Source: an uncultured Pirellulales bacterium
GTDB taxonomy: Bacteria; Planctomycetota; Phycisphaerae; Sedimentisphaerales; CAYZTY01
Direction of reading: 5' to 3'
Assembly (NCBI GenBank): GCA_964444665.1
Contig: CAYUIE010000010.1
Location: forward strand, 13,554 to 77,553
Length of the DNA: 64,000 bases
In this document: positions 19,505 to 27,926 of the stretch, one piece after another
How positions within the stretch are numbered: the stretch's first letter is position 1
How the letters are laid out: every line of letters starts with the position of its first letter
The notes under the pieces: generated by a model
Databases searched by the model: none
Told to the model about the DNA's origin: nothing
The model's input: the letters and a program-made list of their open reading frames with translations, nothing else
Position numbers and translations under genes: made by a program

Positions 19505-21895
19505 TCAATATCCACAATCAGGATCAAATGGATTGCCACATTCAAGCCATTCATTTGCAAGAACAGCAAAGTCTTTGAAATCAATATAACAATCTTTATA
19601 CAAGTCACTTTGCAGAGGTCCTTCAGGTTCGAAAAGTTGAATACGGTCATTACCCAAATCAACAATATATACGTATCCCAAAGACGTCACTTCTATTCCA
19701 TAAGGTGAATTAAATTGTCCATCACCGGTACCCGGACTGCCCCACTTGGTAATAAATTCACCATCACTCGTAAACTTCTGGATCCGACTACCACCAATTT
19801 CGCATACATAGACATGATCTGAAGAGTCAACTGCTACTCCTTCCACACGATTGAATTGACCATAGCCACTACCGGACTGTGGGTTATGACCGCTCCCAGG
19901 ATCGTGCCAATGTCCCGAACCAGCATGGCCAGGATCATCGCAACCTCCCCACCAGCCGACCAAATTACCATTTGGGTCAAACTTTTGAACACGATGGTTC
20001 CAATCTTCACTAACATAAACATATCCATAAGAGTCAACGTCAATACCATGTGTGTACTTGAATTGCCCGTCACCATTCCCGTAGGACCCCCATTTAGTAA
20101 TAAAACCTCCACTACTTGTGAACTTCTGGACCCGATGGTTAAACGTGTCGCAAACGTAAACATCACCAGAAGGACCAACCGCAATGTGGTGTGCTTGATT
20201 AAACTGTCCATCACCATTTCCGTAGTTACCCCATTTTATGACAAATGTACCATCAGTTTTAAACTTTTGGATTCGGTAGTTGTGATAATCAACCACATAA
20301 ATATTGTCTGAAGAATCGATCGCAATACCCGTTGATCTAATGAATTGACCATCGCCACTACCAGACTGTGGGTTATGACCACTCCCAGGGTCGTGCCAAT
20401 GTCCCGAACCAGCATGGCCAGGATCATCGCAACCTCCCCACCAGCCGACCAAATTACCATCAGAATCAAACTTCTGGACGCGATGGTTCTCCTCATCAGT
20501 AACATAGGTGTATCCTGATGAATCCACTGCGACGCCAAATGGATTATTTAATTCACCATCACCAGTTCCGAATGAACCCCATTCATTTACATAGTCATAC
20601 CCCGCCCGGCAGACAAATATCGTAAAGACATCATCGCTGGTATCATAAACATTGGGGTCATTGACATCACTAATACGGATAAGACACTGATTAGAAGTTA
20701 CCTCCGGCACCGTCCATTCATATTCACTATCGTTTGGTGTACAGGGATCAATTACATTCCATATTCCAACGCCGTTTGAAGCTGAATACTCTAATTTTAA
20801 GTGATTAATGTCAGGGATTACTGGCGCCCAGGTAATTAAATATGTACTTCCTGATATCAGTGTTTCACCGCCATTGGGAGTTAAAACATTTATTGGACAA
20901 GCTATTACAACACGAAATCCGAAAAATCTGTCCCGATGAACGGGTATGGTGCTGCCACGGTATGATACCCGGCAATAGTATGCAGTACCTACCCAAGCGC
21001 CACCGTGGTGAACAAGATTCGTACCACTGGATGGGCCAGTTGGATTATAATATGGGCTTGTTTCATAGTAATACGGATCGAACCTATCATTGCACCACTC
21101 AGAAATATTATCTGCCTTGCCATAAACGCCGTAACCATTTGGTAAAAAACTATCTATAGGAGATGTAAGAGGAGATATCCCATCATCATAGTCGGGATGA
21201 TATCCGCTCGTAGGATTAACATCGTATGAGAAACCACATGGGTCAGCATAGTAATTGGCTTGACTGTGACTGATAGTATCGCCCCAAGGGAAACGGTAAT
21301 AGGGATTGTGATTTCCACCGCGGGCCGCATATTCCCATTCTGCTTCTGTTGGTATGCGATAGCCATATTTTGAGAAATCACAAGGCCAGTACCAGTTGGG
21401 ATCATTGGTGTCGTAACATAATTCCTTTCCTTCCTGCTGGCTGCGCCAGTTGCAGTAGGAAACCGCTCCATACCAGCTTACCTGGACCATAGGGTCATCT
21501 GACATATCACGTCCGCCCTTGGTCCTTACACTGAAAACACCGCCTGAATAGTCAATTTGACTATCAGCATCATGGCTGTGCGTATCACAATAGGGGTAGT
21601 TGTTGCTGCCGTCGTCTGCCGCATAAACAACACCGCTGACAACCTTTATCTTAGCAGGATAAGCATCATTAAGGTAATCACAATACTGTTGGTTGGTTAT
21701 CTCATGCTTACTCATAAAAAAAGAATCGACATATACAGTATGAACAGGTAGTTCATCAGCTATTCCATCTCCATGATGGTCACCCATCTCAAACTCACCG
21801 CCATGGATAAAAACCATTTCAGGTGGTTCTGCTTCGGCAACGACATCAAAAGCCAGCATGATAACAACCAATAACATCATCAACACTTTTTTCAT
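19505..21895 (-). CDS. Secreted multidomain protein: FGE/SUMF1-type domain + Ig-like domain + six-blade NHL propeller + dockerin-like C-terminus
   Basis: Signal peptide MKKVLMMLLVVIMLAFDVVAEA after an AGGAGG RBS. FGE-sulfatase motifs are present (HTVYVDSFFMSKHEITNQQY, YRIPTEAEWEYAARGG, GFRVV). NHL repeats recur (NHRVQKF..G.F...WG..G.GDGQF). The C-terminus is DFKDFAVLANEWLECGNPFDPDCGY. Confidence 0.8.
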   Translation of the reverse strand: MKKVLMMLLVVIMLAFDVVAEAEPPEMVFIHGGEFEMGDHHGDGIADELPVHTVYVDSFFMSKHEITNQQYCDYLNDAYPAKIKVVSGVVYAADDGSNNYPYCDTHSHDADSQIDYSGGVFSVRTKGGRDMSDDPMVQVSWYGAVSYCNWRSQQEGKELCYDTNDPNWYWPCDFSKYGYRIPTEAEWEYAARGGNHNPYYRFPWGDTISHSQANYYADPCGFSYDVNPTSGYHPDYDDGISPLTSPIDSFLPNGYGVYGKADNISEWCNDRFDPYYYETSPYYNPTGPSSGTNLVHHGGAWVGTAYYCRVSYRGSTIPVHRDRFFGFRVVIACPINVLTPNGGETLISGSTYLITWAPVIPDINHLKLEYSASNGVGIWNVIDPCTPNDSEYEWTVPEVTSNQCLIRISDVNDPNVYDTSDDVFTIFVCRAGYDYVNEWGSFGTGDGELNNPFGVAVDSSGYTYVTDEENHRVQKFDSDGNLVGWWGGCDDPGHAGSGHWHDPGSGHNPQSGSGDGQFIRSTGIAIDSSDNIYVVDYHNYRIQKFKTDGTFVIKWGNYGNGDGQFNQAHHIAVGPSGDVYVCDTFNHRVQKFTSSGGFITKWGSYGNGDGQFKYTHGIDVDSYGYVYVSEDWNHRVQKFDPNGNLVGWWGGCDDPGHAGSGHWHDPGSGHNPQSGSGYGQFNRVEGVAVDSSDHVYVCEIGGSRIQKFTSDGEFITKWGSPGTGDGQFNSPYGIEVTSLGYVYIVDLGNDRIQLFEPEGPLQSDLYKDCYIDFKDFAVLANEWLECGNPFDPDCGY
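19853..19971 (-). repeat. Intragenic near-identical repeat, copy 1 (119 nt)
   Basis: 4 mismatches in 119 nt against 20342-20460. The offset is 489 nt (163 codons). It encodes LVGWWGGCDDPGHAGSGHWHDPGSGHNPQSGSG. Confidence 0.9.
20342..20460 (-). repeat. Intragenic near-identical repeat, copy 2 (119 nt)
   Basis: Partner of 19853-19971. The flanking NHL blades are much more diverged at the nucleotide level. Confidence 0.9.
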
Positions 21896-22204
21896 TTTCT
21901 TTTCCTCCTGAAAAATGGTTTTTTTCAACAAAGCTTGTGTCTCGGTCAAGTTTCTTCCAGATATAGGCAAATAAAGTCAGGGCGGGTGGGAAGTTATTAG
22001 GCAAGTTATCATCTCCTCATCCTTTGAGATTAAATCCTTCTAAACATGAATAGAATACTACCCCCATCCGGTATGTCAACTACTATTTTTATCCAAATTA
22101 ATAAAAATCCTTTTTGTTGACATTACACTTTCACAGCCAATCACCAAACGGGTATATAAGCCTATGTTGGAGAAGGTGTTGTGGGGACCGGGCGGCAAAG
22201 GATA

Positions 22205-22930
22205 TTACGATATTTCTATTATGGAGCCGACTACAAAGTGCAGTCTATCGTTGGCACTTCCTTTTCTCAGGCTAATCTCCAATGTCTTGTTCGAGCCCTC
22301 TATAAGAAATGGCTCATCTGCTTTTGCAGTTTCATAACTTGGATAATACTGCATCGTATATGTATTGCCTGCTATGGCTATGTGATATTCATTCTTATCC
22401 AGTTTTGGAAGGTTTGTTACGATGTTTCCAAACCTGTCGATGTGGACGATTAATCCCTTTGTGCCCTGCCTGTAAAATTCAAGTTTTTCAATTGCTCCGA
22501 GACTTTCACCTATGCTCTTAAAATTGCCGAGCTCTATTTTTGCCGCTGCTTTTGCGAACACGTCTCTGCCGTGAAAGGTCCGGCTGGCATTTTCGGGGAT
22601 TGCGAGGTTTTTAATTTCGATTATTTTTTGGTCCTTAAGCGTTTCCCAAAGCAGGCCGTTGTCCGGCCCGACAAAGTAATATTTATCAGTTTTGACGGCC
22701 AATGCTTTTCTATCCGTTCCTACGCCGGGGTCGACCACACAGCAGAATACCGCGCCCTGCGGAAGGTATTTGTAGTTATTCTTTAGTATCCAGGAGGCCT
22801 GAATGATATTCTGCGGCGAAACCGTATGACACAGGTCAACTATTTTTGCGTCAGGCGCAGTGTTGTAAACCACTCCTTTCATTACCCCGACATACTCGCT
22901 TTGACCAAAATCCGTCAACAAAACTATCAT
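22205..22930 (-). CDS. SAM hydroxide adenosyltransferase / SAM hydrolase family protein (DUF62)
   Basis: MIVLLTDFGQSEYVGVMKGVVY...VDLCH...VVDPGVGTDR...VGPDNGLL is the characteristic DUF62 (fluorinase/chlorinase-related) N-domain pattern. Confidence 0.8.
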   Translation of the reverse strand: MIVLLTDFGQSEYVGVMKGVVYNTAPDAKIVDLCHTVSPQNIIQASWILKNNYKYLPQGAVFCCVVDPGVGTDRKALAVKTDKYYFVGPDNGLLWETLKDQKIIEIKNLAIPENASRTFHGRDVFAKAAAKIELGNFKSIGESLGAIEKLEFYRQGTKGLIVHIDRFGNIVTNLPKLDKNEYHIAIAGNTYTMQYYPSYETAKADEPFLIEGSNKTLEISLRKGSANDRLHFVVGSIIEIS

Positions 22931-23061
22931 ATTAATCCTGCCTTTGCCTTATCAAACAAAATCCTGATGAGCTGCTAATTTTGCATTGAACAACCATGCC
23001 TTTATTTAGTACAATACTTATCCGGTCAAGTCAATATAGTTATCTTTTGGAGGTTGCCAAA

Positions 23062-23760
23062 ATGAAACCGTCAAAGATAAATTATGCTCTCGTCTGCGTG
23101 CTTCTGGTCGCTTTTTGCACCACAGTAGCCTTAGCGGGCGAACAGGAGAACATTGCCGGATATTTGGGTGTCCGGCTGATGCCGGTCCCTGAACTGTTAA
23201 GGGTTCATCTCGGCCTTGACGAAGGCGCCGGTCAGCTCATTATAAATATCGTAATCGACAGCCCCGCAGACAAGGCAGGTCTCGGCTGCTACGATGTTAT
23301 TACCGCTCTCAACGAGCAGGAGGTTCGTGACTACGATAAGTTCGTCGAAGCAATCCAGTCAGCGGGCGCAGGTGCGAAAGTAACTCTGGCCCTTATCAGC
23401 GGGGGTAAAAAGCGAAACGTAACAGTCCACCTCAAAGAGGCCCCAACAGGTCCGCCGGACTGGAAATACAAAAAGACACCACTTGACATCAATCGATACG
23501 ACCAGCCAAGGCAATACGAGAAAAGGTTTTTTTGGGGCGAGCCCTTCGAGGATGACGAGTTTGAGTTCAGCCTGCCGGACAAACTAAAGCGTTTCTTTCG
23601 GAAAGAATTCAGGCCCTGGAAGGACCCAAACGACAGGGATATAATCATAATTCCCGGTGAGCAAAACGACAGAATAGATAAGATTGAACGACGCCTCGAA
23701 GAGATTGAAAACCGCCAGAAGCAAATTATGAAAATGCTCAAAGAGTTAAAAAAAGAGTAA
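23062..23760 (+). CDS. Secreted PDZ-domain protein with charged coiled-coil tail
   Basis: Signal peptide MKPSKINYALVCVLLVAFCTTVALA. PDZ core (GYLGVRLMPV...VIDSPADKAGLGCYDVITALNEQEV). A GGAGG RBS precedes the ATG at 23062; the ORF is open from 22996. Confidence 0.65.
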   Translation: MKPSKINYALVCVLLVAFCTTVALAGEQENIAGYLGVRLMPVPELLRVHLGLDEGAGQLIINIVIDSPADKAGLGCYDVITALNEQEVRDYDKFVEAIQSAGAGAKVTLALISGGKKRNVTVHLKEAPTGPPDWKYKKTPLDINRYDQPRQYEKRFFWGEPFEDDEFEFSLPDKLKRFFRKEFRPWKDPNDRDIIIIPGEQNDRIDKIERRLEEIENRQKQIMKMLKELKKE

Positions 23761-24287
23761 TAAAATCAAGAAGCAAAAACTTACAAACGAAAACAGATTC
23801 GATTTCAATTAATAAGAATTTTCTGAAACATCGAGCATGTCATACTCAATTCCAGCAGTGTCCTCTTGGCTGTACTGGCGTAGAGGACATTATCGGACTG
23901 GCAAAACAGTGTTTTTAAATGAACAAATCCCTAAGTTTGATAGTATAGAAAATTAATCACTTGAGCAGTAAAACTCTACTTTTGACGTTTGCTATTCCTC
24001 CCAATAGCTTTACTATGTAACTGCTTCATGTTCGGGGGGTTATGGTGATTAATCAAGTTTTAAGCTTGGAATTTCATATTTGGACAGGTTTTGTGGCTAA
24101 AAAAATTTTCTCTTACGGACCCATGATGAGTTTCTTTTTAATATTCCAAAATATCGCCTAACTTCTTTGAAATATGGCTCTTACAAGAATTAAAAAGTCA
24201 AGTATCCCAGCCGTTAAACCGATGATTTCTCTACGGAGACAGTAGGCAGATACTTTTCGATATAAACATTCTCTAAGTAAGCAGAAT

Positions 24288-25979
24288 GTGAGAAATTTTA
24301 GGCTCAGGAGTGAACGAATAGTGTCGCAACTTTTGCGTGCTTTTTGGGCTATGACGGCCTTTTTTGTGTCCCTGGTCTTGCTGACCGGCTGTGGGTCCCA
24401 GGACTATCTCGACCCGACACAAATTGGCCGCTTCCGACCCACACCGGCCATCAACATAATCCTCGACTCGTTAGGTATCGCCGAGGAAGAGCCGGAGCTG
24501 TATGAAGCTGCTGAGGAACCACGCCCTTCTGACGTGATAGCAATCGAACAAGATTATATCCTCCAGCCCAGTGATAGTATCCAAATAGCCATCTTTGAGC
24601 TTCTTCGAGAGGGAGTTATGGCAGCTAACCTCTATCAGGTCTCTGAGAGCGGTAAGGTAACTCTGCCTGAAATCGGCCAGGTACAGGCGGCCGGATTCAC
24701 AGAAACCCAACTGAGGGAGGAGATAAAGCGAATCCTTTCACCTGGTATTTTGAAAGACCCGACTGTTATTGTGATGTTAGATCGCTCACCCAACAGGGCA
24801 TTTACTATCCTTGGCGAGGGCATTAAGAATCCGAATAGATTTTTGATTCCTCGGTATGACTTTCGACTTTCAGATGCGTTAGCAGTGGCCGGTTCTGTAA
24901 GACAATTTAACGTCAGCTACATTTACGTTACTCGGCGCATAACAGAAACCGAGATATTGATCGAACCGGCAGCCGAGGCGTTTCCAATAGAACCGGAGGT
25001 TATTGAGCCCGGGGCGGAACCGTCGGCGCCTCAAGACATCGAGGAGGAGCTGCTTGAAGTTATAGCGCCGAGCGCACGGGCGTCTACAACGCGGGACTCG
25101 ATGCTGATAAGTTCCACTGAGATGATTAGTTCCCGAGAACTTGAAAAGGCCGAAATGTCGGAAGCTTCGAAAGCAGTTGAGAGATCCGGCAATATTAATT
25201 CACGGCAGATGTCTCAGCAGCGACAAAAACAAGAATCCTGGCTTAATAGTCAGGAAGCTACTGATTTAACCGGTGCTTTGAAATCATCCCGAATCGAGTG
25301 GATTTATCAGGACGGTAAATGGGTTCCAGTTCAAATAGGGCCGGAGGCCGAACCGCATAAAGCTCCTGAAGAGCCGGGAAAGTGGCTTGAAGAACGCCCA
25401 CCACTAACACCACCACCGGAACAGCGCATCCCAGAGGAATTCGGCTGGGAGCAAATCGGCACCGGCGGTATTCAAAAACGTGTCATAAAAATACCCGTTG
25501 ACAAACTTCTTAGCGGCGACCCACGTTATGATATTATTATAAAGCAGGGAGACAAAATTTGGGTACCTATTGACATTATCGGTGAATTCTACATTATAGG
25601 TAATGCCAACAGAGTGGGCGTGTTGCCTTTGACAGGTCGGCCAATGACTCTTATACAGGCTGTTGCCGCTGCCGGGGGTCTCGGCCCACTTGCCTGGCCG
25701 GAAAAAGTCGAAGTCAGAAGGAGAATCGGGAAAAACCGAGAGGAGATAGTAATGGTCAATTTAAGGAAGATTGCCGAGGGCTCTCAACCAGATTTCTTCA
25801 TTAAACCAAACGATACTATCAACATCGGTTCACATAAGGCCTCAAGATGGCTTGCAGTCCTACGCAACGCCTTCAGAATGACCTATGGATTCGGCTTCAT
25901 TTATGACAGGAATTTTGCGTCGGAAGACCTTGGTAATGACCCGTTCCCGGGGCATATTTCTATAGACAAGTTGTTTTGA
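24288..25979 (+). CDS. Polysaccharide export protein (Wza-like; Poly_export + SLBB) with long acidic insert
   Basis: Lipobox LLTGCG. Poly_export pattern (YILQPSDSIQIAIFEL...VSESGKVTLPEIGQVQAAGFTETQLREEIKRIL). An SLBB-like segment lies near the C-terminus (IIIKQGDKIWVP). The GTG at 24288 or the ATG at 24351 are both possible starts. Confidence 0.8.
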   Translation: MRNFRLRSERIVSQLLRAFWAMTAFFVSLVLLTGCGSQDYLDPTQIGRFRPTPAINIILDSLGIAEEEPELYEAAEEPRPSDVIAIEQDYILQPSDSIQIAIFELLREGVMAANLYQVSESGKVTLPEIGQVQAAGFTETQLREEIKRILSPGILKDPTVIVMLDRSPNRAFTILGEGIKNPNRFLIPRYDFRLSDALAVAGSVRQFNVSYIYVTRRITETEILIEPAAEAFPIEPEVIEPGAEPSAPQDIEEELLEVIAPSARASTTRDSMLISSTEMISSRELEKAEMSEASKAVERSGNINSRQMSQQRQKQESWLNSQEATDLTGALKSSRIEWIYQDGKWVPVQIGPEAEPHKAPEEPGKWLEERPPLTPPPEQRIPEEFGWEQIGTGGIQKRVIKIPVDKLLSGDPRYDIIIKQGDKIWVPIDIIGEFYIIGNANRVGVLPLTGRPMTLIQAVAAAGGLGPLAWPEKVEVRRRIGKNREEIVMVNLRKIAEGSQPDFFIKPNDTINIGSHKASRWLAVLRNAFRMTYGFGFIYDRNFASEDLGNDPFPGHISIDKLF

Positions 25980-26995
25980 CGAATAAAGATTCTATGAATG
26001 GACATAACCTTTGTACCACCTCAAACCCGCCTGCCGCTCGCCCGCCAGAGCGGAACGAGGCAGGTCAGCAACCAAGCCTGTATCGAACAAGCTGGCGTGA
26101 TCTTGGCGTACATAATTACATTAAAATTCTTATCATAGCCGGCCTGTTCTCGTACCTGTTCCACGTCGAAATTTATCGCATCGTTTATGGATGGCGCACC
26201 GACGCCAGCTGGTCTCATGGTTTTCTAATACCTTTTTTCAGTCTGTACTTTCTAAACCAGCGTAAAGGCCAGATTTTGAATCTCCAAACCCAACCCTACT
26301 ATCTGGGTTTGTTTTTCTTGATATGTTGTATAGCCGCCTATCCATTTATCATTTTTCAACTCAAAATTGCTTATTTTCAAACATTGTTAATGATCCCAAC
26401 TCTCGGTGCTATCGTATTATTTTTAGGTGGCTGGCGTTTAGTTAAAAACAGCTGGCTTCCTATCTTATACTTGTTTTTTGCTGTACCGCTGCCCGGAAGG
26501 CTTTATCGACAAATTACTATTCCGATGCGCATTCTTGCGGCCCGGGTGGCTACCGTCCTGCTCAATTTTGTTACGGAAGTTGACGCAACGGCAAACGGAG
26601 TAATAATTGACGTGGTAGTTAACGGCAAGAAAATAGAGCCGGCCCTCGATGTGGCCGAGGCTTGTAGCGGAATGAGGCTATTACTGACGTTTCTTGCGCT
26701 GGGAGTGGCGATGGCATACCTGCATTACAGACCACTCTGGCAGCGGGTCATTTTGTTGCTGAGCACAATACCCATCGCTATCCTATGTAACATCGTTCGT
26801 GTCACCGTTACCGGCTTTATATATATTTTCGCGGGCGCCAAGTACACACAGGGTATTTATCACGACGCACTGGGGATGGCAATGCTGCCGCTGGCGTTCG
26901 GTTTGTACGGTCTTTTAGCGTATTTTATGTCCCGGCTGCTTACAGAAGAAAGCCCCGGTGTAACTGCCGACATTATCGTTCGCAGGCAGAATTAA
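25976..26995 (+). CDS. Exosortase (EpsH/Xrt family) transpeptidase
   Basis: Polytopic membrane protein with WRTDASWSHGFLIP and the catalytic-triad contexts EACSGMRLL (Cys codon 26663-26665), CNIVRVTV (Arg) and IYHDALG (His). The TTG at 25976 overlaps the upstream stop; the ATG at 25994 is an alternative. Confidence 0.85.
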   Translation: MTNKDSMNGHNLCTTSNPPAARPPERNEAGQQPSLYRTSWRDLGVHNYIKILIIAGLFSYLFHVEIYRIVYGWRTDASWSHGFLIPFFSLYFLNQRKGQILNLQTQPYYLGLFFLICCIAAYPFIIFQLKIAYFQTLLMIPTLGAIVLFLGGWRLVKNSWLPILYLFFAVPLPGRLYRQITIPMRILAARVATVLLNFVTEVDATANGVIIDVVVNGKKIEPALDVAEACSGMRLLLTFLALGVAMAYLHYRPLWQRVILLLSTIPIAILCNIVRVTVTGFIYIFAGAKYTQGIYHDALGMAMLPLAFGLYGLLAYFMSRLLTEESPGVTADIIVRRQN

Positions 26996-27065
26996 AGAGT
27001 TCGTCGGTCTTTGTTTTTTTCGGGGCACTTGCAGCTTTCGCAGTGTTGAGAAAATTTGAGATACA

Positions 27066-27866
27066 ATGAAGGATAATTTTAAAAAATATTACATCCAAAC
27101 ACACTTTTTGATTTGTGTAGCAGCCCTTGCCATGGGTGGGGGTATGATGTCGTTTATGAAATCTTATCTGAATGTTCAGATGATAAAAAAGGCGTTGCCT
27201 CTGAGAAAAATTCTGGACCTTATCAATGAAAAAGACTTAGGTGCTTACACAGTAGCGCAGAAACAAAAGATTAAAAATCAGGACCTTCTCGATGCTCTTG
27301 GCACAAATGAATATATCCAATGGATATTGGAAGATACAGAAGCTAAGAAGACCGGACCGCTGCGGTACTGCTCACTATTTATCACATACTACACAGGTAA
27401 TCCCGACCGCATTCCCCATGTGCCGGAGGAGTGTTTCTTTGGCGGCGGCAATCAGCGTTTTGAAATGAAAGACATAACTTTCACCATTAACCAGGAAGCA
27501 GAGCACGGGACCGGCATAAAGATGCAGGAAAATAAAATCCCCGCTCGGTATATAATCTTTGGAAAAAAAGAAGCAGATTTATGGCAAGGTAGTGATAAGT
27601 TTCCTGTTTTTTACACTTTTAAGGTCAACGGAACTTATAAGGGCAACAGAACCGGAGCCCGACTGGCGTTGATGAGCAACATAAGGGGCAAGTATTCTTA
27701 TTTTTCAAAGATTGAGTGGCAGTTTTATAACGTGGTTCTTGGCAGAAAAATTTATCCTGAAAAGGAAGATGCAATCGTAGCAAGTAAAAAATTTCTCAGC
27801 GTTATTCTGTCCATTTTGGAAAGAGACCACTGGCCTGACTGGCAAAAAGCAATGCAGAAAGGATAA
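27066..27866 (+). CDS. EpsI family (exosortase-associated) protein
   Basis: N-terminal TM segment. FITYYTGNPDRIPHVPEECFFGGGN resembles the conserved EpsI His-x-Pro...Cys...Gly-x-Gly block. The gene lies immediately 3' of the exosortase. Confidence 0.65.
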   Translation: MKDNFKKYYIQTHFLICVAALAMGGGMMSFMKSYLNVQMIKKALPLRKILDLINEKDLGAYTVAQKQKIKNQDLLDALGTNEYIQWILEDTEAKKTGPLRYCSLFITYYTGNPDRIPHVPEECFFGGGNQRFEMKDITFTINQEAEHGTGIKMQENKIPARYIIFGKKEADLWQGSDKFPVFYTFKVNGTYKGNRTGARLALMSNIRGKYSYFSKIEWQFYNVVLGRKIYPEKEDAIVASKKFLSVILSILERDHWPDWQKAMQKG

Positions 27867-27926
27867 GGCATCATATACCTGGCCTGAAGAAATATGGGCA
27901 TTTAATTTGAAGAAACAGGAGAGATT

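Noticed and set aside
23761-24287. ops/JUMPstart (GGCGGTAG) or c-di-GMP riboswitch in the EPS leader
   Set aside because: No such motif was found on reading the region. Only a generic hairpin is present.
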